Shown here: positions 37,610 to 49,500 of the stretch, in pieces
Position numbering within the stretch: the first letter of the stretch is position 1
How the letters are laid out: every line of letters starts with the position of its first letter
Assembly (NCBI GenBank): GCA_000708835.1
Contig: DF236997.1
Coordinates: 124,001-188,000, forward strand
Source: Klebsormidium nitens
Taxonomy: Eukaryota; Plantae; Klebsormidiophyceae
Direction of reading: 5' to 3'
Length of the DNA stretch: 64,000 nucleotides
Made by a program: the position numbers and the translations under genes
The notes under the pieces: model-generated
Told to the model about the DNA's origin: nothing
Database searches by the model: none
The model's input: only the letters and a program-made list of their open reading frames with translations

Positions 37610-40600
37610 ATGAGCAAGGTGAATCCCTTCCAACACTTCATGTATAAAGCCCCTATTGCACAGCAGGCTGGTGGCGCTATGACACGGAAGGCAGTCAAGC
37701 GCGGCGGATTGACATCAGGAGTTCCGGAGAGGGGTGCAGGGTCTGCCAGAGTAGAAGAGAACACAGACAAGATGCATGGAGGTCGCGCGCGGGGGCGAGT
37801 TGCAAAGCAAGCGGCTGCTCAGAAAGCTCTGGCCCCAAACTCAAGGAAAGACGGTGTGCCAGAAGAGTCTGGCCATGCAGAGACCGAAAAGTTGCTGCCT
37901 GCTGCAAAGCGTGCACGAGTTGAGGAAAATGCTGCCGGGCAATCAAGCAGTCCCAGCAGAGCTTCAGAACCAAACGCGACCCAATTGCAACCGGACGTGC
38001 AGGAGCGGTGTAAGGTCTTGCTTGAGGTTGCACAGGACTTAGTCAAGCAGCTGCAGCCCCTCAAGTTCAAGGCCCCTGTGACCCATGTGTAAGTACAATA
38101 TGTCTGCGGGCTGTGATCAGAAATTTCTCATTCTAGCAAGAGAAACACGTGCCGCCCTTTCAGAAAGGTCGCCCCAGTGTTCAACCACATGGAGAGAGGG
38201 GGCAGACATTGTGCAAGGGGCTTTCCTGCAGCCTGTGCTTGTGCGCCAGTGCTGAGTCTCCATCGTTCCTGCTGCACAGGGCTTCTACTCTGGCTGGTCC
38301 CAAGCCATAGCGAAGATAGTTGAACTTCCCCCTTGACCACCATCATTTTTCCACTTTTGAGGTGACCCACAATCAAATTGCAGGTACAATCCGCTGGAGT
38401 ATGCGATGAAATCTTACATGCAGTACGTCACACGATATGGTGGGTGGCACTGGCAGAGCTGTGCTATGCCTGCTGCCACCTTTCTGTTGCACTTTTCAGA
38501 ATCAGCTCAAGGTGGTGGAAGTGGCGGGGTCAAAGCTGGGTAAAGATGTCTTTGAAAATGTGGTGAACACACAAATCAGTTCTCTGTATGGTGCGCCCAA
38601 ATGATCCCCAGGATTGAAACAGCCCACTAAAGATCACCAAAAATAGAAATTCGCCTGGGTCTGCAGGAGGCCGCTCAGGAATAGTGCTGTTGGTGGGCTT
38701 GAATCCAGGGCCGTGGGGGATGGCACAGGTGACCTTGCTGAGCCTGCCCTTGTTGGGTTGGTTGAATCTTGACCTGGCAGCTTTGACTTCAAGCTTGGAC
38801 TTCCCACTCCTGCGTGAATTGCTGGGGAAGCCGAAGCCTTCCAAGCCCCTCTGTTCAAGAGTTCTTTTTTGCTTCTGGAGCAGCATTGAATACAACATTG
38901 TCCATGAGTGCACACTGTAGAAAGCAGACCTGAATGATGGGAAAATGAGCGAAGGATGGACCTCGGGGTTTTTCAAAACATGGCTGTCTTTCTTGAATTA
39001 CAGACTGGGGTGCCTTTTGGGGATACCTCAATGGTGAAGGATTTCCTGGGGATCATGGCACCGGTGAGAGCGAACTCGTGCCCTTTATGTTGCGTGCCTT
39101 TCTTGCGGTGTTGCTGCCTCTCTGGTAGAACCTTCGATTGCCACTCTTGCATCTTCTGTCTGAAGTATAAGCATAAGCATGAAGTATCGGTAGGAGGGCG
39201 CTCGGTGGCGTCTGACCCGCGAATCGAGAGTTTTCCCAGCTCAAGAGCGGTCACCGCTTGAAGCTGATTTCCCAACAAGCTGACAAGCTCTCCTTGTGCG
39301 TGGCAGGTGGAACAGCCTCCAAAGGTGCACCCCAAGAGACTGGTGTACGGATTCAGCTGCCCTTACAAGGAGGTGAGGAGGCCACTCAAACACAACGGCC
39401 TGAAACGTGCACCATTGTGAGAGTACCAAACGAAAGTAGCTTATGTTGTAAGATCGTGTGGGCACTCTCTGTGTATTGGAGACACGCGGATGCAGCGTCC
39501 TGAGAGCTTCTCTGCACCGTTGTACTGAAAACACTGCATCATTCATTTCTTCAAAGTTGCACGAAAACGTGTATTAGCTGTCTTACTGCGGCCGTGATTT
39601 TGGAGCGCTCCGTTTTTATTAGAGTCCATTCAATCTGGAAACGAGGAGCGATTAGAAGCAGCGCCGTAACACCGGCCAGGCTTGTGACACCAGCATATTC
39701 CGTCTATGTGCGTAGGTCAGTGGGCAGAGGATCTGGGGGTGGGCCCGGGATAGGTACAAGGACCCGGAGGCCTTCTTCAACAAGTTCTACGTTATGAACT
39801 ACTGCCCTCTTGCGTTCATGGAAGGACCTAACGGGAAGTAAGTAGTAAATATTTGTGTGCGCATTGCCGCGATTTGGTCGTGTATATACCTCAGGAGTGT
39901 TTGTAGGAGCTATCAATAACAGGTTCGCTTGCGAAGAGAGTTCCGCCTAGAGTTTCGCAGCGAAGCTTCATCTCCTGTGCCTATGATTACTCGTTGTCTC
40001 GCTGAGTCGTCAAAGCAGCTTTGGAATGTGACGGGCGGGCGATGATCACGGATTTTGAAGAAATACGGATCGAGAAACGCAAACGTCGATTAAATTACCG
40101 TTCATCACCCCTACTTGTTCACATTCATGTAACGGTGTCATTGTGGTCGAGACACAGCTGCTTGCAGGACCATCTCCAAGCTTGTATCGCTTTGTGGTTT
40201 TGACTCTTTCTTCCTGTCCAGGTTGCGAACTCCCGACAAGCTTCCGGCCGCAGAGAGGGACGCTGTTGTCCGGATCTGCGACGAAGCCCTCACAAAGACC
40301 ATTGAAGTCCTCAAACCGAAGCTTGTTATTGGCATCGGTAAGGATCGTATCCGTATTCTGCGTTTGATGTCTGCAGATGCATCCAAAAGTAAGGAGCGCT
40401 GCACACTATGGTGGCTATATTCATGTCGAAGTGCTGGACTTCGTTTCTGGCCAAATCAGTTGCCGTTGTCGAGAAACTTTCTGCTCACACCGTCCCTCGA
40501 AGCCTTATCGTTGTTCACTATTGGTTCCTCCAGGACAGTACACGTCTGAACGAGTACGGCGGTGCGCTGGAGATATAAAAACAGGGACGGTCATGCATCC

Positions 40601-40685
40601 CAGCCCCGCCAATCCTGCAACGAATGCGGGGTGGGCAGGTATTGCGGAGAAGCAGTTGCAAGACATGGGGGTGGACTTAAGCTAG
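37610..40685 (+). CDS. SMUG1: SMUG1-family uracil-DNA glycosylase (UDG family 3) with long N-terminal extension, 8 exons, ~370 aa
   Basis: Exons 37610-38088, 38384-38439, 38667-38728, 39004-39063, 39307-39372, 39716-39837, 40222-40337, 40534-40685 (1113 nt, in phase). Motifs VYNPLEYA, GLNPGPWGMAQTGVPFG, EVSGQRIW, VMNYCPL, TPDKLP, MHPSPANP. Confidence 0.95.
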
Positions 40686-41578
40686 ACCTTCGGCAGTGGA
40701 AGGCTGTGTAGTTTTTCATGTTCGTGGAATTGCTTCCAATCCACACGCTGTTATCCTGCTCGATCATCCGCGGATGTGTTGAGCTACGGTTGTCAGATTC
40801 GAGCACCGCATCAATACAGGAAAGTTGGACTGTCGCCATATGTGCCTTCAATTAATTTTGGTGAACATGATGCGTTCTCGGCTTAATTGGCACAGTGCCT
40901 GTTTTGCATATTAGCGCTCCGCAGCTTGCCGTCCTTAGTGCACCCCTTAATCTGCAAAGCTGCACTCATTTTTGACTTGTAGAAGAACCTTATGCATTTG
41001 CAATAAAGTTTACTCATGTGCAGATTTGTCTTGCGATCATGCATGATTGAATTTCTTGAAAGCATCAAGTTGTTGGATCGCACCATGAGCTGGATTTGCC
41101 AGAAATCATGTACAGGCATACGCAAATGTAGATTTCATAGGCGACATCCTCATATGGTATAGACGGCATTTGAAATCGATCATGGCTCGTCTCATGGCGC
41201 CTCAGAGGTACGTTGTGCACTGCATCACCGCACATGGAGCCTTTGCCCTAACGACGATCGATGAAGGGCATCCTGTGGACCGCCAGCGTTTGCAAACTTG
41301 AAATCCACCACATCATTGAAGTCAGCAAGACCAGTCCAAGCCAGAATATATGTGAGCACTCAACGGGAATCATCATGACGCATGGTTGACTAGTCCGATT
41401 CAACGATTGAATATGGCCCTCGACTCCACGTGACAACCGTTTGCGCACTTCAGGGTTCGGCTTCAGCTCCACTGATTGTAAGTAGCTTCGATTTTGACCA
41501 CATCCAAAGATACAAGCCCATCAGAGTCTGCCGTCCATGCTAGAAATCGGCTCAGCACTGACAAAACTCAAAACATGT

Positions 41579-42223
41579 TCATTCCAGGTTAGTATGTCTT
41601 GCTCGCATGCTTTCTGCACTTTCTGCAAGGCGTGGCCTGAGCATCAGGATCACTATTTCGAACAAGACAAACAGCGCACCTTCATAGATACTGCCCATTG
41701 GCAGGAGCGGGGAACTATTGACTTGTTCCAAGCTTTCTATAGGTCCTGTGACTGCAAGTGAATCTTTCGATCCCTCCGATCCTAGATCGTCTGCCATCGT
41801 CTGTGCTGCAAGGTGCACTACATATTGTGCATTTTTTGCGGACGCACCGTTTGGTTGAGCAGTAATGACAAGCGTTGCTGCCCCTGCACAATTGGCAACT
41901 CCAAGAAGACCGTTCACCGTCGAAAACTCTCCGGGGCCAGCGCTTGCCACGAAAAGATCCCCACTTGCAACCGGCGGACAACTCATATCTCCTACCATGT
42001 GAGCTTGAAGGCCTAGATGGTATAGCCGCATTGCAAAAGCGCGCATCATCAGGCCCTCCCTTCCCACACCATAGAGGACGATGCGCTTCTCTCGGTGTTT
42101 CTCGATCAGCCCAGCAACTCTAGCAGCAGGATCGGTTTCAGAGCTGTTGGTGCTGGCGGTACAGCTGCTGAAAACCTGTCCGATCTCAGCAAGTACAGCG
42201 TTTGCTAGCTGGCTAGTATCCAT
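41579..42223 (-). CDS. 6-phospho-3-hexuloisomerase-like SIS-domain protein (HxlB/PHI family), intronless, 214 aa
   Basis: Single ORF with YGVGREGLMMRAFAMRLYHLG, VGDM..P....GDL..ASAGPG, LPMGSIYEGAL and the C-terminal RHTNLE typical of PHI/HxlB. Confidence 0.92.
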   Translation of the reverse strand: MDTSQLANAVLAEIGQVFSSCTASTNSSETDPAARVAGLIEKHREKRIVLYGVGREGLMMRAFAMRLYHLGLQAHMVGDMSCPPVASGDLFVASAGPGEFSTVNGLLGVANCAGAATLVITAQPNGASAKNAQYVVHLAAQTMADDLGSEGSKDSLAVTGPIESLEQVNSSPLLPMGSIYEGALFVLFEIVILMLRPRLAESAESMRARHTNLE

Positions 42224-43011
42224 GATTCCACAGCCCTAAACACCTCTATCGGACCCTGCGTGCTGTTTGTGGGATATGCAGCGTACAGCTTTTTTTTATC
42301 AGCAGGCTCAGGGGCTAGTGGAACGTTTGAAAAGGAGCCTACATGAAGAGAGAAATGCCATGGCGCTCCGCCGCTTCCATGCTGCGAGTTGTAAATGCTA
42401 GCTTGCCAAAAGCTGGCACAAGCTAGCTAGCTATTAAGGCGTTCCGTATTCACACTGACGCCTTGGCTACCGGTTCTAAGCTGCTCTTGGCAGCTTTGAC
42501 GGGGGACGGATGTTTGACATGGCAATACTTGATGCCGTTTCTCGCTGCGGGAAAGCTTAGCAAGTCGGCGAAATGCGTGAAGAGGGTCGATTTCTCAAGT
42601 TGCCACCATATATATTTAAATATTATTATTGGCACATTGCAGCATGCAGGCGCACTTTCTCAGCTCGGCCAGCATCGGCTTCCGCAGCACTGGCAGAGAT
42701 CGGCATCCATTGGCGTTGTGCGTTTCACTGATTTACATCAGAAAGCATGCTGTTGCCAACGCCAGTGACGGCGCTTGCACTCAGGAAATGGCGCAACGTG
42801 GTTGCCACCTAAGACTTGACCATGTTCTGTTTCAAAGTAGACAATGAATCTGCGCAGCTGCTGCAGCAAGAACTTGAGACAATTTTCGCTGGGGGTTCTT
42901 GTGACCTAAGAAACACCACTGCAGAGGCAGATAATTGAGGCTAAGCCGGAAAACTTTTCCATTGTCTTGAGCAAGCCGCTTAACAAGAGCCACTGACATA
43001 ACAGAAGCAAG

Positions 43012-46000
43012 ATGCAGCTGCGTTGGTCAGTGCAGCTGGTGGCATGCTGCCTTCTATGTCTTTGCACGATTGGCACTGTCATCAGGCGGGTGGTACGTCT
43101 TTCGAAAGGTATTCCGTTGCCTCACCTCAACGTTGTCTTCAGGACCAGGAAGTTCCCCAGCAGCATGGAACTAATTCACAAACTTAAGCATCTGGTCTGA
43201 GTTGTTGTTGGTCCTTTCTGGTTGGCTCCAAGAGATTGGCTTTGAATCCACCAGTTGTGTTGCTGCATCAATCAATCCAGTGCCCTTAACAGGCTTTGCC
43301 CTGAAGTGCAGCTCAGGAAGGACACAGATTCCGTGTACCACATCGACCATCTTTCCCATGTTGGGAACAATCAAACTTCGTCCCTTGACATTATTAATGA
43401 GATCAAGGATGTCCTGCCCAATCCATTTTTTTGAGCTGCCATGTTTGCACAAAGTTCGTCAATCTGACTCGGCTCTAACTGCAGAGTTTGATCAAGGGCA
43501 ATGGAAGGGCTACCTGCCTGGGCTTCAAGAAGGCTGGCTGTTGAACCGTCAGATTGTGAGCATTTCTCACCCTGATCCACAGGTTCTGGCATGGTCTTCT
43601 TGCCCAGACTGTCGTGATCCAACTTATTAGTCGGGGCTTTGTACGTCCAATTCTAGCAAGTCCATGCAACTATTGGAGAGGCGAGTATGAGCAGAAATGG
43701 GGCTTGGCTGCATTCAAACCTTTGGCTGCTAGTATAAGACGGCTTCTGACTGGTTGTGCAGGACCTGTCGGATGCTCAATGGCGAAACTTCCGCAGCAGT
43801 GCTCAGATTCTGATCGCTGCCGCCCTTGGCACGACACTACTCGGGTCGCTTTTCAGGAACACACCCCGAGCACGCACGCTCTACTGGCTTCTTGTTGGAA
43901 TGGGATTTAACTTCCAACTACATGGAGCTTAGTAAGCACACTTCTAGGCTGTGGGCGCCTCAAACTTTGGCTCTCTCAACACAATGAAGTTGGCTGTTGA
44001 GACTAGGGGGTAGACGTCTACTCTCCTGGCACACTATACTGTGGAAACAGTTCACGCCTGCGCATCTGTCACCAGAGCGATTCTCATATGCTGGAGCCCT
44101 TGAAGAGGCCCCGCTGCTCGATCCCGTGTATATGTTGAAACACACAAGCCTCCCCTTTTTTGCAGCTCCCTCTTTGTCCTGGTCATTGCGACCGCCAACT
44201 TTCTCCTCGTCAAGGTGGGCAGGTGGGCTGAGTTTTGTAAGGAAACGGAGGTCTTCTTTTTCCTACGAGTTTGCCAGTCACAAGCCTTCTATCTCTGCCC
44301 TGATGAGTGTCAAGCTCCTTGCGAAAAGATCTTAGACTGCCCAGCCTATGGTCAGTGAACTGATACTCGCCCCCCATTCCGAGTGAAATGAATCCGGAGA
44401 AAAACGAAGAAAGAACGACGCTCAGTGATTGCGGATGCTCTCACCATCTTGGGATCGAATCGGAAGAACTTCAAAGGTACCTTTCTCCCTGCCAGGTGCT
44501 TGCCGGCCGACGCCTCTGTCCTGTTGTTTTCTGGACCGCAAGCTGCGCCATGCTGGTGTACATCCGACTGGCGGACGGCTTCAGCTTCAGCTCCTTCGGG
44601 TGAGAGATACCACCTCCACAGAAACTGAGGTACTGATCTGCTGTTGAAACAATCGAGATACCGCCCTCCTGAATGGACGAGCGACTTGCCTAATCCTTTG
44701 CTGCGTTTAGGCCCCTTGAATCCCAACCGGTATATAGTGCTTCTTAATAAGAGTCAGCTGAGCTCTGGCAATAAGCAGTGTTCGCACTTGAGCTGGGTCT
44801 GCATCTCGTATGGATTCGGTGCTGCTTTTCGGCCAGCGTAAATCTAACAGCTGCTTCGCTGCATGTCACAGGGCTTCCTGGGAGTGGCTGGATTACCATA
44901 AGGGAAGTCTTAGGTGGCACATTGGATTCAATTTAGGTGAGCCTTCGCACCGAAGCATCTGCTTTTGAGCTTGAGTAGGTCAAGTGTCATGGCAGAGGCG
45001 CATGTTTTGGCTGGTACCCATGTTGACTGTAAGCTCGATCAAGCAACAGTTTTAATTAGGGTCTTTCACTTCTTCTTGGTCGGCTAGCAAAGCAATCCAT
45101 GCAGAACCATTCGAAGAAGGAGGGTTTAGACCGCCGTTGTTTTCGCGTTTGGCCCTAGAACTTTTCCTTTGCAAAATTCGTATCCGAAGTTGACGAAGTC
45201 AGAAGGCTGACATCCCGGTGGCTTCTGCAGTGATGCTCCGAATCCTGAGCTTTGGCCTCGACTATCACTGGAAGAAGCTCGGCTTCGCCCCTCAGGTTCG
45301 TCGATTGCTGTATCCCGTTTCCCCTTGTGTAGACGGTCAAATTCTTCAATCTGCATCTTAGATGAATGCAGGGTTCTTTCAGCCCTTTTCTTCTAGAGGG
45401 ATCTCGCGTTGCTCTCTAGAGTACTGCGAGACCCTGCAGTTCGTTCACCTGTTCACTCAGCATTGAGCAATTTGACGGCAACGACTTATGACTTGCATTT
45501 GATGATTGTTGCATCCACGACCTGATCAGTGTAGCAAGTGTGACTGATAAACGCCGTTCTGCAGAATCAGAAAGCGAAGTTGGAGCAAACGAAGTCAAAC
45601 GCGAGAAGCCTCGACAAACCAGAGGTAAGTCTTTTTTGTTTTCGAGGTCGCTGTTGCTTCATCCCGTTAACCAAGCAACTCGAAGGTCGTAGAGAAGAGT
45701 CCTGACATGCTTGCGTAGACTTGGCAAGGTTGCTGGACCCCACGCATTTGTTCGCAAGGCATCGAGTCGTGATTCATCAGAGCTGTCGATGCGGGCCTTC
45801 TTTCGTCCTCTGAGAGGCCCTGTCGTTTCCGTTCGTGTCTCAATACGCCGACAACGAAACAGCTACTGTATTTCAAGTTACATCAAAAAGGTCAGCGCAG
45901 ACAAAGCCTGCCAGCCCATCCGCCTTGCTGGGAGTGTACCGGGCATCTTCGGTGCTTCAAAAAACAGTGCGCTGGTTTTGCGGATTACAACTGTTGGCTT

Positions 46001-49000
46001 GCATCCGTGCAGGCCCTTAATCCTGCCTGGGGCAGCTACAGTTTTGCCACATACCTGTGCTACCTGCTGTACCCACCGCTCTACATTGCCGGGCCCACCA
46101 TCACATTCGACTCCTTCGCTTCTCAGGTGTGCGTTGTTACCTCTGAGTTGTGCGCTTTCGCTGGCTGCTTGAAGGGCGACTTGCACACCCGTCATTCTTC
46201 TTGTAGCCTTCTTTTAGCACGGGAGAAGCACGGCTTTTCGCAAGTTGGTCGAGTCGGTCGTTCCAAGGGGAATCTCGTTGGAAGGCTGCTGACGTTCCTG
46301 CCTCATTGACACTTCCTGGGGAGATATGCCTTATTGGCTGCAGCAGGAAAGAACGCGTACTACTCGTCAGCCCAACGTCGTTTGCTGCGGAAGAACCAGT
46401 CATTCACGTCATTGCTGCAGCTGTCTACCCCTCAACAGCGCCCGTCTGGGCGGGCCGTTTCGTTGTACGCTTTGCGGTTGGCGGGTTGCTGGGGCCTGAT
46501 GGAGTTGCTTCTGCATTTCACCTACTTCAACGCACTCGCCGTCAGGTACGCACGACTGCACGAGTGCATCTGCGTCCCATGATCTCCAAGGTGGAAGCAG
46601 AGTCTGCACGATTTTGCAGAGGGTACGTCATCCGACCTGTTTGCCAGTTTGTTTTCCGCGCTTTGAGGGTTGGGCTCATGCCTGTGTCCGCTTTGCTCCT
46701 GCAGCGGGGTCTGGCAAAGGTTCGACTTGCCGGCGGCTGACGTATGCTGCATCGGCTTCGGGGTGAGTGCCGGTTCCAGACCTCGTGCTGCCGTAGTGGG
46801 AAGCCGAGCACCACAACAGCATCTCCAGCAAGCTTTCTCCATCTCTTCAGATTCTCCTCAGTGTAATCTGTGGTTCTTAATTCAGTGCTGGCTCATCCCT
46901 CGCTTCCTCCACAGAAACTTGTGATGTGACCACCTCCATAATCAGACAGTAGAACGTGCTAAGACGTGCCCCGTTTCCTCGCTTTCCGCCAGGTGCTCAA
47001 CTTCATGTGGCTCAAGTTCCTCATCATTTGGCGTTTCTTCCGGCTGTGGGCCCTGGTGAGCTGACACGAACCGTCGATCTACCAGGGCTCATTGCTGAAC
47101 GTGCCCGAGCATCCGTTCTTTTTTGGTTTCCAATGGTTCAGCAGAGAGCTGGTCCTTAAGCACGAACTGGCAAAGCGTCAAGCGGCCTGCGTCACGACTT
47201 GTGTACTTGACCAGCACCAGATAAAGCGTCGCTTCCGAGACTGCTTCTGTGGCTGACGAGTCTGATAGTTCAGTCTCAGTAGATTATTGAGATTTAAACC
47301 TTCTTCGTTTGAGGTTTCGCGGTCCAACGCGACCTGGAATAGTTTACTCTCAGAAGGAATAGGAGATTCAACGCGACTTGGTTTCCCAGCGCGCAGTTTA
47401 TTAATCAGTGCAAGAACCTACTTCCTTCTTTTTGGCCAGATGGACGGGATCGACCCTCCCGAGAACATGCTCCGCTGTGTCAACAACAACTACGACATCG
47501 AGGGCTTCTGGAAGAGTTGGCACGCCTCTTACAACCGCTGGCTCGTCAGGTGAGACGCCTGGCGGGCTTACAGCATCGTTCGTGGGCAATGGCTTTCTGC
47601 TGAAATCCGGCTCCGGGATGCATAAAAACACTGGCCGGCTACGGTGTTGATCTTAGGGTCGGCGGCGTGGCCCACTTTCAGTCAGCCCACGTTTCGAGTC
47701 ATGGACGAGTGTACCCTCATTTGGAAGCTGCGCAAGAAAACAACCTTTTGCGCGGTCGATAGGGTGGGCGAAGAGTGTACCGCGGAAAAATCTGAGTCGT
47801 GCCCGGGTGCAGGTACCTGTACATTCCCCTGGGTGGCGCCAAATGGCGGTTCCTCAACATCTGGGTCATCTTCACGTTCGTCGCTCTGTGGCACGACCTC
47901 GAATGGTGAGGACTTGCACGGAGTTTCTTTCTCGCAAGCTCTTCTGGCAAACCCATGTCTTGAGAGCTTTTGAAGGGCAGGAGAAGGAGCGGCGTGGGGC
48001 CAACCAGTTCCTGCCGTCACCACGGAGAGCATAGTCTGTAACGATTACGGTACCTCTTCGATCAATGTTTTTAGCGCATCTGCTCTCGTCGACGAGTGTG
48101 ACTTGCTCGGTTTTTCAGCACGCCAAGTCTTAGCCGATCCAGGGACGGATGCCAACTCCGCACATGACCCCACTCTTGCGTAGCGCAGGAAGCTCCTGTC
48201 CTGGGCCTGGCTGACGTGTCTCCTGGGGCTTCCGGAGCTGGTAGTCAAGAGCATCGTACGCTCCCCCAGAGTGAGCTCTCCTTCACCTCACAGGTCCTAC
48301 ACGTGGTTCTTCGTATGTCGCGTCTTATGGCTCGAAGGGAGGAGTCGAAGCCACGGATACGACTTTCAAGAACGAACTTCTACTCAAAGCGTCGATGACT
48401 GGCCCATCTAGCCAGAAGTCTGGTGTAACTGCTTCAACGAGCGACTGCGCGCTTCCAGACAAGCGATTTGTGCCTCTGCTGCCCACAAGTACTGTGCTTT
48501 CCGTCGATCGCCCAGTTTCGACCATTGTCAGCAGAGCCTAACAGTTGCATTCCGTTTCCGTGGTACAGTTGGCCGGCTTTCGGAAGATCTGGCTGTACTC
48601 TGAGCTTGCGGCCGCTGCAGGAGCGCTCAATATCACAGGCCTCATGGTGAGCCCTTCGCCCACAACGCTGTCAATCGGTCGACTTTTCGAGGCATTAGTC
48701 CCTGTTTGCTGGACGGCTTAAGAGCTTGCCTGATCGACGAATCAAAGTAGGCGCACATTAGAAGGCGTTCCGGCGTTCCGCATTCAGTTCGAGGATGCGA
48801 GAACAGCCAAAGTGTCTCAGAGATTGTTAGAGATAACGGTTGTTCGTTTCATGAGGATCACCGCATCACTCAACCAACGGGTCCACTGTCTTGCGTGCAG
48901 GCTGCGAACCTCGTTGGCTTTGTCATTGGCCCGCAGGGCCTGCGCGCGTTCTTTTTCAAGTTGCTCAGCCTTTCGAGTAAGTGACGTGTGCCAGCATTGC

Positions 49001-49500
49001 AAAATGGCTCTCCAGTTATGTGTTGAGTGTTATAGCCTGACGAATTGGAGTGTGTTTCTGATACTCCGAGTGTTCCTGCTTTTCTCCATACTTCTGAAAC
49101 CCAACTCTGTGTCTGCAGATGTTGCCCTCATGCTCTACATACTTCTCTCATTTTACGCCGCAACTAAGGTGAGAGGCTCCGATTACGTTGATGTTGAGGG
49201 ATGTGCGTTCAAATCTATGGAAATGGAGATTTCTTTGCGCTCGTGAGGGCAAGAACAGTTCTTATCATGGAGACAGTCCCGAGGCAATGGACAACCCTGT
49301 CCTCGGTCTCGAGCTGGATTCCTGAGATCAACTTATCTTCGCAGGTTATGTTTGCTATCCGGGAAGCCGAAGAACGGGAGAAGCAATGCAGAAAAGTAGG
49401 GACCGAATGCCGGTCAACAACGGACGTATTGCAAGACGTTTATCTCGAAAGGAGGCTCCGAGAGGAAAATGTAAAGCGGATCTGGCATGCTGCAGATTGA
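43012..49500 (+). CDS. MBOAT-family O-acyltransferase, GUP1/HHAT-like, 19-20 exons
   Basis: Exons 43012-43108, 43485-43555, 43762-43931, 44166-44214, 44496-44599, 44872-44936, 45231-45295, 45565-45624, [45863-45890 uncertain], 46013-46126, 46421-46545, 46705-46762, 46993-47055, 47440-47549, 47813-47905, 48189-48270, 48569-48646, 48901-48976, 49119-49168, 49345-49500. Motifs DLSDAQWRNFR, LR.LSFG.DYHW, YLCY.LYPPLYIAGP, FMWLKF..IWRFFRLW, PENM..C.NNNY...GFWKSWHASYNRWLVRY.YIPLGG, FTFVALWHD (catalytic His). Confidence 0.93.

Noticed and set aside
44300-44330. Hammerhead-like core (CTGATGAG...GAAA) in an MBOAT intron
   Set aside because: Stem II is poor, and no stems I/III or NUH cleavage triplet can be formed.
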